The notes: generated by a model from the sequence alone, not told the origin. A DNA stretch of 64,000 nucleotides from an uncultured Actinomycetes bacterium (GCA_963706025.1 CAVPLM010000005.1:736001-800000); one strand, 5' to 3'; counted from the stretch's first letter, positions 32,251-43,037 are shown. Numbers and translations: made by a program.

Positions 32251-34919
32251 GCCCCCGGCTCCAGCCAGGCCTCCAGACTCGGCCCGGCATCGCGGTGGAA
32301 CGGCCTGGCGAAGGCTTCCGGGTACTTGGACCGGAGCGCCCCCAGGTCGGCCTTCTCCACTTCGGCCAGGAAGCCACTCACCACCATGCCCACTGCGTTC
32401 TTGGAGGTGGTGTGTCCGGGCACGATGGCGTTGATGTTGCCTCCCCTATCGAGCGCATCGGGAACGATGGGGTCGTACTTGGCCCCGTGGTCCATGCTCA
32501 CCGCCCCCGGGATGACCCGCTCCGTCACGTAGGCGCCGGCCAGCACGGCTCCCCGCTCGTTGTAGATGGTGACCACGTCGCCGTGCTCGATGCCCCGCGC
32601 GACCGCATCTCTGGGATGGATCCACAGCGGCTGGTATTGATATCCGTCGGGGCCGGTCATCTTGCAGGTCTCGATCTCCCGGAGCCAGGTTATGTCGTCG
32701 TGTTGGGCGTGCACGCTCCAGCGGGGGTGGTTCGAGACCACCAGCAGCGGGTACTTCTTGGCGCGTTCGGTCCCCAGGGTCTCCTGATGGGTCTCACCGG
32801 AGGCGATCCACCCCGGGACCGGCGGTCGCTCGGGGTCGTCGGGAAAGTGCTCCGCCAACCCGGTGGCGTAGAACTCGATCTTGCCCGTCGGGGTGCTGAG
32901 CGGGTGGCCTTCAGGGTCTCGGTAGAAATCGATCAGACCGGCAGGCACCTTCTCCCAGTCCGGGTCGGTGGGCACTACCACGTAGCCCCGCTCCGTGAAC
33001 TGCTCCCAGGTGAGCTGCTCACCGCCGGCCCGGCCGCCCTCAACCCGATCGCCGTCGACCTGCTCACCCGCGACCAGATCCCGGATCCCCGAGGTCTCGA
33101 AGCCCAAGCGCCTGAGGTCCTCGACGGACCTTCCGCCCGTGTATTCCTGGAGCAGCCCCAGCCGCTCGGCGATCTTGCACACGATCTCGTAGTCGCTGAA
33201 GGATTCACCCAGAGGCTCCACACAGCGTTCTTCGGGAAAGACCAGGATCGACTGGCCGCTGTAGAGGTCGGAGTTGATGTCGTCTTCCTCCAGCTTGGTG
33301 CTGACCGGCAGGATCACGTCGGCCAATAGGCAGTCGTTCTCCAGCCAGGGGTGCTGGGCGAAGACGAACTCGATGTCGGGGTGGCGCATGGCCCGCACGA
33401 AGCTGTTGCCGTCGTTCCAGCAGGTCATGAAGCAGGGTGAGTCGGTCCAGACCATGTGGATCCTGGAGCAGCCCTCTGCCGGATACCGGTAATGGACGAA
33501 CTGGTTCTCCCGAGGGGCCATCTCGTGCTCGTTGCCCCACCATTCGCAGGTCCCCTCCATGATGGCCTTGGGTAGTAGGGTCTTCGGCACGAAGGCGTGG
33601 TTGGTGTCGCCTCCGGTACCGCCGGTGTAGGCGGCGAACAAGCTGGGGATCATCTTCGGCTGGGGACAGCCGACCTGGGCCAGGTCGTCCATGAACCCCC
33701 AATCCTCCATCTTGGCCTGGTTGGCCCCCGGTCTGCCCAACCCCTGCATCGCCAAGCAGAGCACCTGCAGGCGGGCGGGCTCGCTCGCGTAAGGACCGCG
33801 GATGCCCGGTCCACCGTTGCCGATGGCTACGGTCGTCCGCTTGGTAGCCCACTCCCGCGCCAGCGCCTTGATGATGCGCGAGGGAACGCCGGTGATGGGA
33901 GCCGCCCAGTGCGGGCTCTTGGGGACGCCGTCCTCTACTCCCATCACATAGGCCTCGAACTTCTCGACGCCGTAGGCGTGGGTCGCCAGATACTCTTTGT
34001 CGTAGGTGCCCTCCTTGAACCACTGATAGGCGATGGCCAGGTAGAGAGCAGCGTCGGTGTTGGGAAGGATGGGGATCCAGCGGTCGGCGTGGATCGCCGC
34101 CGCGTAGTTGAGATCGGGAGCGATGTAAAGCTGCTTGATCCCCAGCTCGGTGAACCAGAAGCTGAGACGGCTGGGGAGTTGGCCCATCCAGCCCCAGGTA
34201 GTCGTCTCCTGGTCACAGCCCCAGAAGAGCAGCAGCTCCGCGTTCTTGGCGATGTCGTAGACCAGGTTGGCCTGGGGAACCTGCTGGCCGACCGGTTCCA
34301 TGCCCCACACGTGCTTCGCCCCCCACGACCAGCCTTCCCAGCTGTCCGGCTGCCGTGACTGAAGCGTGAAGCCCCCGAACAGCCGGAGGAGCTTCCGCCC
34401 GCAGCCGTGGGGACCGTGGACCACCTTGTTCTCTCCGTGCTGGTCGGATTGATAGAGGATGGCAGTGGGCCCATACTGCTCGCGCACTCGCAGCATCTCG
34501 CCGGTGATGAGGTCGAGGGCCTCATCCCAGGAGATGCGCACGTATTTGCTGACGCCCCGGTTGTGGATGTTGCGCTCTCCTTTGGGGTCGAAGTCCACCC
34601 GTTTCATCGGGAACCGGATCCGGGCCGGGGACTGGACACGTTTCTTGTACGCCAGGCTGAACGGAGGGACAAGCGTCTTCATGCTCGGCTTGAAGCTCTT
34701 GCCTCGCACCTGCATCTCCCACCGGCCGAGTTCGTCGGGGCGGTACTTCCAGTCGTAGTGCAGCGGTCGAATCCGGACGATCCTGCCATCGTCCACATCC
34801 ACCATGCAGGCATTGGCGCCGTTGGCCACACCGCAGAAGCTTATGTCTCGGATGAGCGTCTTAGCGCCGGGAGTCTTCGCACCGGGAGTCCTGGCGCCGG
34901 CCCGTTCGCTCCCGTCCAT
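32247..34919 (-). CDS. Mo/W-bisPGD oxidoreductase large subunit, pyrogallol transhydroxylase-like
   Basis: GRIVRIRPLH, RIRFPMKRVDFDP, RISWDEALD, PDSWEGWSWGAKHVWG, NHPRWSVHAQHDD, ERGAVL. No Tat signal and no N-terminal Fe-S motif. Confidence 0.88.
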   Translation of the reverse strand: MDGSERAGARTPGAKTPGAKTLIRDISFCGVANGANACMVDVDDGRIVRIRPLHYDWKYRPDELGRWEMQVRGKSFKPSMKTLVPPFSLAYKKRVQSPARIRFPMKRVDFDPKGERNIHNRGVSKYVRISWDEALDLITGEMLRVREQYGPTAILYQSDQHGENKVVHGPHGCGRKLLRLFGGFTLQSRQPDSWEGWSWGAKHVWGMEPVGQQVPQANLVYDIAKNAELLLFWGCDQETTTWGWMGQLPSRLSFWFTELGIKQLYIAPDLNYAAAIHADRWIPILPNTDAALYLAIAYQWFKEGTYDKEYLATHAYGVEKFEAYVMGVEDGVPKSPHWAAPITGVPSRIIKALAREWATKRTTVAIGNGGPGIRGPYASEPARLQVLCLAMQGLGRPGANQAKMEDWGFMDDLAQVGCPQPKMIPSLFAAYTGGTGGDTNHAFVPKTLLPKAIMEGTCEWWGNEHEMAPRENQFVHYRYPAEGCSRIHMVWTDSPCFMTCWNDGNSFVRAMRHPDIEFVFAQHPWLENDCLLADVILPVSTKLEEDDINSDLYSGQSILVFPEERCVEPLGESFSDYEIVCKIAERLGLLQEYTGGRSVEDLRRLGFETSGIRDLVAGEQVDGDRVEGGRAGGEQLTWEQFTERGYVVVPTDPDWEKVPAGLIDFYRDPEGHPLSTPTGKIEFYATGLAEHFPDDPERPPVPGWIASGETHQETLGTERAKKYPLLVVSNHPRWSVHAQHDDITWLREIETCKMTGPDGYQYQPLWIHPRDAVARGIEHGDVVTIYNERGAVLAGAYVTERVIPGAVSMDHGAKYDPIVPDALDRGGNINAIVPGHTTSKNAVGMVVSGFLAEVEKADLGALRSKYPEAFARPFHRDAGPSLEAWLEPGA

Positions 34920-34962
34920 GCCCCGCTCCTTCCGCTCGTTCGCTCCCGCGCTTCCGCTCTCT

Positions 34963-37900
34963 CTATTTCCCTGACCCATTGCCGTTGACCCGCGATCCCG
35001 AGCCATGCACCACGCAGCCCTCTCCCAGCAATTCCTTCAGCTCCGCGAAGAGGCTGGCCTGGGGATCGACCCGGTAACCGTCGCCAAAGCGCAGGCGGCG
35101 CGCATCCGCCCCCACCCTCACGTACATATCGACCAAGCACTGCCCGGGGAAGCGGGCCAAGATGCGCTTGAGGTCCTCGATGACCGTGCTCGGGAAGCGG
35201 TCGCCGTCGACCGAGAGGGCGAGGGGCTCGAGTCCCGTCTTGGGCGCGAACGCTTCGATGACCATAGGGATGAATTTGGTCTCGGCCTCATCTTTGTGAT
35301 CGACCCGGCCCTTGATCTTGACCACCTTGTCCTCCACCAGGATCTCCTTGCTCTCCTGGTAGACAGCCGGGAAGCATACGATCTCCACCGAGCCTTCCAT
35401 ACCCTCGATGGTGACAAACGCCATGAGTTCGCCCGATTTCTTGGTGGTGATCCTCTTGACCACGCTCACCATGCCCACGATCGTGGTCACTGTGCCGTCC
35501 GGCACCTCCCCCAGTTGGGAGATGAGATGTCCAGCCTCTCTCTTCACATGGTGCCGCAAGTCCTTCAGGGGGTGCGAGCTCACGTACAGGCCCAGCGTCT
35601 CCTTTTCCAGCGCCAGAAGCTCCTCCCGGCTGAAGTCATCGGTAGGTATCTCCACAGGCGGGCTACCGTTCCCGCCGGCCCTGACCGGGTCCGGCTCCGT
35701 GTCCCCCATGAGATCGAAGATGGAACCCTGGCCCTTGTCTGCGTCGGCCCGGGTCTTCTTACCGTAGGCCATGGCCTGCTGCATCACCAGGAGCATCCCC
35801 CGCCGGGACGGACCGATGGAATCCATGGCTCCCGACTTGATCAGGCTCTCGATGGCCCGCCCGTTCACCATGCCCATGTCGACCCGCTCGCAGAAATCGA
35901 ACAGATCGCGGAAGGCCCCCCCTTGCTCCCGAGCCTCGAGGATGTTGCGGATGGCCGTCTCCCCCACGTTCTTCACGGCGTTGAGACCGAAACGGATACG
36001 GCCTTCTACGCCGCGGAAGTCGAGCACCGACTCGTTGATGTCGGGCGGAAGCACCTCGATACCCATCTCGTTGGCCACCGTCACGTAGAAGGGCACCTTG
36101 TCCTTGGTGTCCATGACGCTGGATATGAGCGCAGCCATGTACTGCACTGGGAAGTTGGCCTTGAGGTAGGCGGTGCGATAGGAGATGAGCGCATAGCAGG
36201 CGGCGTGTGACTTGTTGAACGAATAGTCGCCCGCCTTCTCCATGAGCGACCACAGGTGGTCGATCACCCGCGGCGAGGTACCCGAGGCGGCTGCTCCCGC
36301 GCGGAACTTGGGCTCGAGCTGGTCCATCTTGGCCCGGATCTTCTTGCCGATGGCCTTACGCAGATCGTCCGCCTCCGCGGGACTGAACCCGCCGATCCGC
36401 TTGGAGATCTCCATCAGCTGTTCCTGGTAGATGGCCACCCCATAGGTGGGACTGAGGATGGCCTCCAGGCGGTCGTCCTCGTACCTTATGCTGTTCGGAT
36501 CCCGCTTGTTACGGGCGTATTGGGGGATGAACTCCATGGGACCGGGCCGATAAAGGGCCACCAGTGCGATCAGATCGTCCAGCCGCGTAGGCTGGATCTC
36601 CCGAAGAGCTTCGCGCATCCCGCTGGATTCAAACTGGAACACCCCCTCGGAATCACCCTTGGCCAGCATCCGGTAGGTGGGAGCGTCGTCCAGGGGGATG
36701 GATTCGATGTCGAATCCCGGGTTGCCCGCGTCGCGGATGATGCCGACGGCGCTGTCGATGACGTCCAAGTTGCGGAGGCCCAGGAAGTCCATCTTGAGCA
36801 GGCCCAGCTTCTCCACATCCCCCATGGAGACCTGGGTGACCACCTCGGCGTCGCCCTTCTGCATGAGAGGCAGGTGCTCTGTGAGCGGCCCCTTGGAGAT
36901 GACCACACCAGCCGCATGGATGGAATCCTGGCGGATGAGGCCTTCCAGAGGCCGGGCCATGTCGACGACCTCGCGGACCACCTCGTCGCTGTCGTACGCG
37001 GCGCGCAACTCGCCTTTGGTGTCTTTCAGGCACGCGTCCAGCGTGATGTTGAGCACCTCGGGCACCAGCTTGGCGATGCGGTCGGCCTGGCCGTAGGGCA
37101 CGTCCATCACCCGGGCGGCGTCGCGGATGGCCTGCCTGGCCTTGATGGTGCCGAAGGTGGCGATCTGGGCCACCCGGTCGCGCCCGTACTTGTCTGCCAC
37201 GTAGTCGATCACTTTTTCGCGGCCGTTCACGGAGAAGTCGATGTCGATATCGGGCATGCTGATGCGGTCGGGGTTGAGGAAGCGCTCGAACAGCAGGTCG
37301 TAGGCGATGGGATCCAGGTCGGTGATGCCCAACAGGTACGAAACCAGCGAGCCCGCGGCCGAGCCGCGACCGGGCCCCACCGGTATGCCGGCTTCCTTGG
37401 CGAACGTCACGAAATCCCACACGATGAGAAAGTAGGGCTGGAAACCCATCTTCTCCACCACTGCGAGCTCGGTCTCGAGCCGCTCTCTGACCTCAGGAGT
37501 CACCGCGTCGTCATAGCGGCGGACCAACCCCTTTTCGCACTGCTCCCGCAGATAGGAAGTCTCGTCGTACCCCTCAGGCACCGGGAAGTGAGGTATGAGC
37601 ATCTCGTCGAGCGCGATCCGTACGTTGCAGCGCCCCGCCACCTCCAGCGTGTTCGCCACCGCCTCGGGGTGCTCGGGAAAGGCGGCCCGCATCTCTTCCT
37701 CGCTCTTGAAGAAGAACTCCTGCGAATTGAAGCGCAGGCGGTTCTCCTCCGACAGGCGGGACCCGGTCTGGATGCAGAGCAGCACGTCGTGCGCGGTGGC
37801 ATCGCCCTCGCGCAGGTAGTGCACGTCGTTGGTCGCTACCAACTTGAGCCCGGTGCGCCCGGCCAGTTCCACCAGGCGCGGGTTCACTTCGGCCAACTCG

Positions 37901-38577
37901 CCGATGCCGGTCTCCTGCATCTCCAGGTAGACGTTGTCCTCGCCGAAGATGTCGACCAGCCGCTCAACCTCCGCGTCCGCGGCGCTGGTTTGTCCGTTCT
38001 GCAGGGCGCGCGACAAGCGGCCGCTGGCGCAGCCCGTCAGGCAGATGAGGCCCTCGGCGTGCTCTTTAAGGGCTTTGTAGTCGAGGCGGGGCTTGTAGTA
38101 GTAGCCCTCGAGGAAGGCCAGACTGCCCAGTTTGAGCAGATTGTGGTAGCCGCTGTCGTCCCCAGCGAGAAGGGTGAGGTGCCAGCGCTCCTCGTTCTGT
38201 CCCTCCTTGCGAAAACGGTCTTCCACCACGTAGGTCTCGAGCCCGATGATGGGCTTGATCCCAGCCTTGAGGCACTGTTGGTAGAACTGGATGGCGCCCG
38301 AAAGCATTCCGTGATCGGTGATGGCCAGCGCGGGCATGCCGAGCTCCGCGGCCCGCGCCACCAGGTCCTCCACTTTGCAGGCCCCGTCCAAAGCCGAGTA
38401 GTGGGTGTGGACGTGGAGGTGACAGAAGCCGGCCGCGGGCCGGGCGGGCGTGGCCGCGCCCGCCGCCTCGGCGAGGGCCTCGGGGGCCGGTGGCGCGGTG
38501 TCGTCCTGGGCGGCCTCGGCAACGGCCACTGTGGCAGTCTCTTCTGCGAAGGGCAGCAAAACGGACGGCAAGGTCAC
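34963..38577 (-). CDS. dnaE: DNA polymerase III alpha subunit
   Basis: PHP HLHVHTHYS, GPGRGSAAGS, FERFLNPDRISMPDIDID, KMDFLGL, FNKSH, OB fold. GTG after AAGGAG. Confidence 0.97.
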   Translation of the reverse strand: MTLPSVLLPFAEETATVAVAEAAQDDTAPPAPEALAEAAGAATPARPAAGFCHLHVHTHYSALDGACKVEDLVARAAELGMPALAITDHGMLSGAIQFYQQCLKAGIKPIIGLETYVVEDRFRKEGQNEERWHLTLLAGDDSGYHNLLKLGSLAFLEGYYYKPRLDYKALKEHAEGLICLTGCASGRLSRALQNGQTSAADAEVERLVDIFGEDNVYLEMQETGIGELAEVNPRLVELAGRTGLKLVATNDVHYLREGDATAHDVLLCIQTGSRLSEENRLRFNSQEFFFKSEEEMRAAFPEHPEAVANTLEVAGRCNVRIALDEMLIPHFPVPEGYDETSYLREQCEKGLVRRYDDAVTPEVRERLETELAVVEKMGFQPYFLIVWDFVTFAKEAGIPVGPGRGSAAGSLVSYLLGITDLDPIAYDLLFERFLNPDRISMPDIDIDFSVNGREKVIDYVADKYGRDRVAQIATFGTIKARQAIRDAARVMDVPYGQADRIAKLVPEVLNITLDACLKDTKGELRAAYDSDEVVREVVDMARPLEGLIRQDSIHAAGVVISKGPLTEHLPLMQKGDAEVVTQVSMGDVEKLGLLKMDFLGLRNLDVIDSAVGIIRDAGNPGFDIESIPLDDAPTYRMLAKGDSEGVFQFESSGMREALREIQPTRLDDLIALVALYRPGPMEFIPQYARNKRDPNSIRYEDDRLEAILSPTYGVAIYQEQLMEISKRIGGFSPAEADDLRKAIGKKIRAKMDQLEPKFRAGAAASGTSPRVIDHLWSLMEKAGDYSFNKSHAACYALISYRTAYLKANFPVQYMAALISSVMDTKDKVPFYVTVANEMGIEVLPPDINESVLDFRGVEGRIRFGLNAVKNVGETAIRNILEAREQGGAFRDLFDFCERVDMGMVNGRAIESLIKSGAMDSIGPSRRGMLLVMQQAMAYGKKTRADADKGQGSIFDLMGDTEPDPVRAGGNGSPPVEIPTDDFSREELLALEKETLGLYVSSHPLKDLRHHVKREAGHLISQLGEVPDGTVTTIVGMVSVVKRITTKKSGELMAFVTIEGMEGSVEIVCFPAVYQESKEILVEDKVVKIKGRVDHKDEAETKFIPMVIEAFAPKTGLEPLALSVDGDRFPSTVIEDLKRILARFPGQCLVDMYVRVGADARRLRFGDGYRVDPQASLFAELKELLGEGCVVHGSGSRVNGNGSGK

Positions 38578-38623
38578 GTATCTCCTTGGAAAGACCTCGG
38601 GGCGGACGCCCCTGTATCGCTCG

Positions 38624-38652
38624 ATTCTACCCGAAGGGAATCGCGCCCTCAA
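38624..38652 (-). promoter_or_regulatory. Putative sigma70 promoter of dnaE
   Basis: Minus strand TTGAGG-N17-TAGAAT, about 45 nt upstream of the start. Confidence 0.5.
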
Positions 38653-38907
38653 GCTGTGACGGCAGCTGGTGGTGAACAAAATCCGCTGAGAGCGGGTTTC
38701 CCTTGGGACCGAACGGGCTCGCGGCGCGCGCGGCGGAGCCGCCGACCGACGCCCCCGCCCCTGCCACCCGGGTCGATAAGAACACGCTCAAGCCGGGCCA
38801 TGTGCGCCGCACCGCGGCGCGAGCCACGAGCATGCCGGCGTGCGTACCCCCGGGACCAGCGCCATGCCACGGATACGTCTGGGTCGGGAGCTCGCGCACG
38901 GCCAGCA

Positions 38908-39647
38908 TCAGGTGAGCGCCAGGATGATCTCCGCATCCTGGGGGAACTCCCGCAGGAGCGCCTCGCGGTCGGCCGGTTCGAAATCCTCGTACTCGAAGCC
39001 GGGCGTGACCACGCAACCCACCAGCGTCCAGTCGCCACCGCTGCCGACGGGATCGTCCTGCGCCGCGCCGTCCGCCTCCGTGTCTACCTTCACCGCTTCC
39101 CCAGCCATATCACCGGCCGCTCCGTCGGCGCCACCCGGGCGCCCAACCACCGGCCGGCGGGAACAAGCACCTGCGGCCGATCCGCGCCTAGAAGATGGAG
39201 CTGCAACCGGCGGTCCTCCCCGGCGAGCGGCCGCGCCCCCAGCGGCTCCGCAGGCGCCCCCGACACCGTCGCCACCGGCCCGGTTGCGGCCGGCGGTCGC
39301 CCACCCTCTTCCGACTCGAGCATCACCAACTCCGCCCGGCAACCCGCGTGGAAGAACCATATCTCCTCGAAACGCAGGCGATGGAAGCGACTGGGGCTTC
39401 CCGCCGTGAGGAGGTAGATGATCGCGGTCGCCAGGGGCCGCGTGCCGGAGCCGGTGCGGACCACGGTCTGCGAGCGGTACGTCTCGCGAAAGAACCCGCC
39501 CTCACGATGGGGCTCGAGTCCGAGCGCCTCGGCGACTTCGATCGCCGAGGCCGCCGCTGGTAGCCGATGGATGGCCTCCCCCTCGGCCCTTGAGAGCCCC
39601 GCCCGCGACGAGTAAGACGCCTCGTCCCAGGAGGGCGTGCGGGTCAC
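38908..39647 (-). CDS. Cupin DUF985 (Cupin_5) protein (frameshift ~39135)
   Basis: LGLEPHREGGFFRETY, TAIIYLL, FHRLRFEEIWFFHAG, QVLVPAGRW, TLVGCVVTPGFEYEDFE. Confidence 0.85.
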
Positions 39648-40447
39648 CCCTGCTCCAGCTCGACCGGATTGCGCAGGTAGCCCACGCCGTCGATCTCGAC
39701 CTCCACCTCGTCCCCGGGGTGAAGCTCGCCCACCCCAGACGGGGTCCCCAGCATGATCATGTCGCCCCGCTGGAGGGTCATGGCCTGGCTGACGATCGAG
39801 ATGATCTCGAAGGGGTCGCGGATCATGTCCTGGATCTGAGCTTCCTGGCGCAGCTCCCCGTTCACCCGGGTGCGGAGCCATGCATCGGGTCGGGGCATCT
39901 CGGTCTCCAGATAGGGTCCGGCCACGGCGAAGGTGTCAAAGCCTTTGGCCCGCCACCATTGCTTGTCCTCCCCCTGCAACGTGCGCTCGGTGACGTCGTT
40001 TGCGCAGGTCCAGCCGAACACGGCCTTGCGCGCCTCCTCAGGCGTCACCCTGCGGGTGTCGCGCGCTATCACCACCGCCAGTTCGCCCTCGTACTCCACG
40101 CGCGTCGCGTCCATAGGGTAGATGATGGCTTCCCCATGTCCGATGAGGCTCGAAGCCGGCTTGAAGAACAGCAGAGGACGCGGCACGTGGTCGTCTTTGC
40201 GCTCGGGAACGACGTTCCCTTTCGATCGAGCGATCATCTCCTTGATGTGATCACGGAAATTCCAGCCCACCCCCAGGATCTTGCCGGGAGCGGCCGGAGG
40301 CAACAGGGTAGCCTCGGACTCACCGATGACCGTGCCCGCGGGAACCGCATCGCCGAGCCCCTCGGGTGGCGCTTGGACCATATACCCGTTGCAAGTCACC
40401 GCGACCTCGTGGACCCCACCCCGATACTCGATGCGGGCCAGCTTCAT
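39644..40447 (-). CDS. Fumarylacetoacetate hydrolase family protein
   Basis: FFKPASS, EYEGELAVVI, NDVTER, RAKGFDTF, GTPSGVG. Confidence 0.93.
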   Translation of the reverse strand: MKLARIEYRGGVHEVAVTCNGYMVQAPPEGLGDAVPAGTVIGESEATLLPPAAPGKILGVGWNFRDHIKEMIARSKGNVVPERKDDHVPRPLLFFKPASSLIGHGEAIIYPMDATRVEYEGELAVVIARDTRRVTPEEARKAVFGWTCANDVTERTLQGEDKQWWRAKGFDTFAVAGPYLETEMPRPDAWLRTRVNGELRQEAQIQDMIRDPFEIISIVSQAMTLQRGDMIMLGTPSGVGELHPGDEVEVEIDGVGYLRNPVELEQG

Positions 40448-42063
40448 GACTTCTCCTCACTCTCCGCTTCCCGCGAAGGTCCTTCGCCGGCTGAACGCAG
40501 CAACCCGTAGGATATGGAATCCACCAGGGCCTGCCACGAAGCCTCTACCACGTTCACTCCCACCCCCACGCTGCCCCAAGTCTCTCTTCCGTCCGAAGTG
40601 TCGATAAGCACGCGGGTGTTGGCGGCGGTGCCCTTGTCCTCGTCGAGGATACGCACCTTGTAGTTGACCAGCCGGATATCGTCCACTTCCGGGAACTTGC
40701 GTTCGATGGCCATGCGCAGGGCTTTGTCCAAAGCGTTGACCGGGCCGTTCCCCTCGGCGGTCTCGATGAAGCGGTCCCCGCCCACGTGCACCTTGACGGT
40801 GGCTTCGCTTATGGTTTCGCCGTCTTCCCGCTTCTCGACGATGATGCGGAAAGTCTCTAAATGGAACAGTTCGACCTGGAGCCCCATCTCGGTGCGCAGG
40901 AGCAGCTCGAAGGAGGCGTCGGCGGCCTCGTAGTGATATCCGGTGTGCTCCTTCTGCTTGACGCGGGCGAGCACCCTATCCAGAAGTTCTTCATTCTCCT
41001 GCAAGGGGTAGCCCAGTTCCTGGGCCCGCTGGGCGATGGTGGCCCGTCCGGAAAGCTCCGATACCAGCACGTGGGGAGCGTTCCCCACCCGCGCCGGGTC
41101 CACGTGCTCGAACGTGCTGGGATCGCGCTCTACCGCCGCCACGTGCAGTCCACCCTTGTGAGCAAAGGCGTTCCGACCTACGTAAGGCTGGTGCGGATCG
41201 GGCGACACGTTGCAGAGCTCGGCCACGAAGTGAGCGGCATCGGTGAGCTGAGCCAGGTCGCGATCGGAGACGCAGTCGATGCCCATCTTGAGCTTGAGCG
41301 CAGGGATGATGGCACAGAGATCGGCGTTGCCGCAACGCTCCCCGTAGCCGTTGATGGTGCCCTGCACCACATCGGCGCCTCGCTCCACGGCGACGAGGGA
41401 GTTGGCCACCGCGCAGCCGGCGTCGTTGTGGGTATGGATGCCCACCCTGCAGATGCTTCCCACCTCCGAGACCACCCGGTCCACCACCTCCGCCACTTGC
41501 GCCGGCAAGGCCGCCCCGTTCGTATCGCACAAACAGACGGCCTCGGCCCCCGCCTCGGCGGCCGCCCGAAGGCAGGCCAGGGCGTAATCAGGGTGGGCGG
41601 CATAGGCATCGAAGAAGTGCTCGGCGTCGTAGAAGACCCGCTTCCCCTGTCCCCGCAAGAAGGCCACCGACTCGGCGATCATCCGCAGGTTTTCCTCGCG
41701 ATCCACTCGGAGGACCTTCTGCAGGTGGAGATCCCAGGTCTTGCCCACTATGGCCGCGACCGGAGCCCAGCAGTCGGCCAGTGCGCGCATTTGGAGGTCT
41801 TTCTCCGCGGTCACCCCCCGCCCCCTGGTCACGCCGAAGGCCGCCACCACGGCGCCGCCAAGCCGTTGCCTCTCCAACTTGCGGAAGAACTCCTGGTCTT
41901 TGGGGTTAGAGCCCAGAAACCCGCCCTCGATCACGTGGACGCCGATGTCGGCGACCCGAGCGGCGATGCGGACCTTCTCGTCCACCGAGACGCTCATCCC
42001 TTCGCGCTGCATCCCGTCGCGCAAGGTGGTGTCGTAGAGGAGCAGGGGGCGCGTGGCCTTCAT
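40444..42063 (-). CDS. cimA: Citramalate synthase (LeuA/CimA family)
   Basis: YDTTLRDG, GKTWDLH, YDAEHFFD, LCDTNG, HTHND, GTINGYGERCGN, AFAHKGG, EAADASFEL. Confidence 0.9.
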   Translation of the reverse strand: MKATRPLLLYDTTLRDGMQREGMSVSVDEKVRIAARVADIGVHVIEGGFLGSNPKDQEFFRKLERQRLGGAVVAAFGVTRGRGVTAEKDLQMRALADCWAPVAAIVGKTWDLHLQKVLRVDREENLRMIAESVAFLRGQGKRVFYDAEHFFDAYAAHPDYALACLRAAAEAGAEAVCLCDTNGAALPAQVAEVVDRVVSEVGSICRVGIHTHNDAGCAVANSLVAVERGADVVQGTINGYGERCGNADLCAIIPALKLKMGIDCVSDRDLAQLTDAAHFVAELCNVSPDPHQPYVGRNAFAHKGGLHVAAVERDPSTFEHVDPARVGNAPHVLVSELSGRATIAQRAQELGYPLQENEELLDRVLARVKQKEHTGYHYEAADASFELLLRTEMGLQVELFHLETFRIIVEKREDGETISEATVKVHVGGDRFIETAEGNGPVNALDKALRMAIERKFPEVDDIRLVNYKVRILDEDKGTAANTRVLIDTSDGRETWGSVGVGVNVVEASWQALVDSISYGLLRSAGEGPSREAESEEKS

Positions 42064-42082
42064 CGCGCTCCCTCGGTCGACC

Positions 42083-42111
42083 GCCCGGCAGTCAGCCCGG
42101 CAGTCAGCCCG
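42083..42111. repeat. 12-bp tandem repeat between ilvE and cimA
   Basis: gcccggcagtca x2 plus gcccg. Confidence 0.7.
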
Positions 42112-42158
42112 CCACGGGTCGTGCAGCCGCTCAATGCCGGCCCAAGTCCCATCCGAGG

Positions 42159-43037
42159 CTACCCGTACCCGTTGACCGGGGTGCCGGTGCTGAGCGCGTA
42201 CTCGTGGAACCGGGTGACGATCTCGCGGGTGATAGGTCCGGGAATGCCGGCGCCTATGGTCCGCTTGTCGACCTCCACCACCGGCCCCACCTCTGCGGCC
42301 GTGCCGGTGAGGAAGGCCTCGTCGGCGCTGTACACGTCGTAAAGCGTGTAGAAGCCTTCTTCCGTCTCCAACTCCATGCCTGCCGCCAGTCTCAGGACCA
42401 CCGCCCGGGTGACGCCCCGGAGAGCACCCAGAGATGGGTGAGGAGTCATCAACCTGCGTCCCTTGACGAGAAAGAAGTTGTCGGCGGTGCATTCGCACAC
42501 GTAGCCGGAGATAGTAAGGAAAAGCCCTTCGTTGACGGGTCTGCCCCTCAGTTCCAGGGCGCCATAGACGTTGTTCAGGTAGTTGAGGCTCTTGACCGCA
42601 GGGTTGACGGTCTGCGGATCGTTACGGCGGGTGGCGAGCGTAGCCACTTTGAAGCCCTTCTCGTAGACCTCGGCCGGGTACAGCGTGATCCCGTCGGCGA
42701 TGCAGAAGACCGTGGCCTTGGGGCACTTCACCGGGTTGAGCCCCAGGTCGCCCATGCCTCTGGTGACCACCAGGCGCACGTATCCGTTATGGATGCCGTT
42801 GCGGCGGATCGTCTCCATCATGGCCTCCACCAGATCCACGCGGGGTAGCGGGATCTCGAGCGCGAGAGCCTGAGCCGAGGCGTACAGCCGGTCGATATGG
42901 GGATCGAGCTCGAATACGCGGCCCTCATAGACCCGGATGCCTTCGAACACCCCGTCCCCGTAAAGGAGACCGTGGTCGAAGACGCTGATCTTCGCGTCTT
43001 CCTTGCCGTAGAACTCGCCGTCGATGTAGATCTGCAT
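42159..43037 (-). CDS. ilvE: Branched-chain amino acid aminotransferase
   Basis: DHGLLYGDGVFEGIR, KSLNYLNN, LRGVTR, EAFLTGTAAE. Confidence 0.95.
   Translation of the reverse strand: MQIYIDGEFYGKEDAKISVFDHGLLYGDGVFEGIRVYEGRVFELDPHIDRLYASAQALALEIPLPRVDLVEAMMETIRRNGIHNGYVRLVVTRGMGDLGLNPVKCPKATVFCIADGITLYPAEVYEKGFKVATLATRRNDPQTVNPAVKSLNYLNNVYGALELRGRPVNEGLFLTISGYVCECTADNFFLVKGRRLMTPHPSLGALRGVTRAVVLRLAAGMELETEEGFYTLYDVYSADEAFLTGTAAEVGPVVEVDKRTIGAGIPGPITREIVTRFHEYALSTGTPVNGYG

Noticed and set aside
32247-34919. Possible Sec ligand in the Mo enzyme
   Set aside because: The ORF is uninterrupted and the ligand position is Ser (PDSWEG).
36256-39417. 1053-aa plus-strand ORF, and similar long antisense ORFs such as 16482..17984
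   Set aside because: Shadow ORFs opposite dnaE and gdhA caused by high-GC codon bias, with no recognisable motifs.
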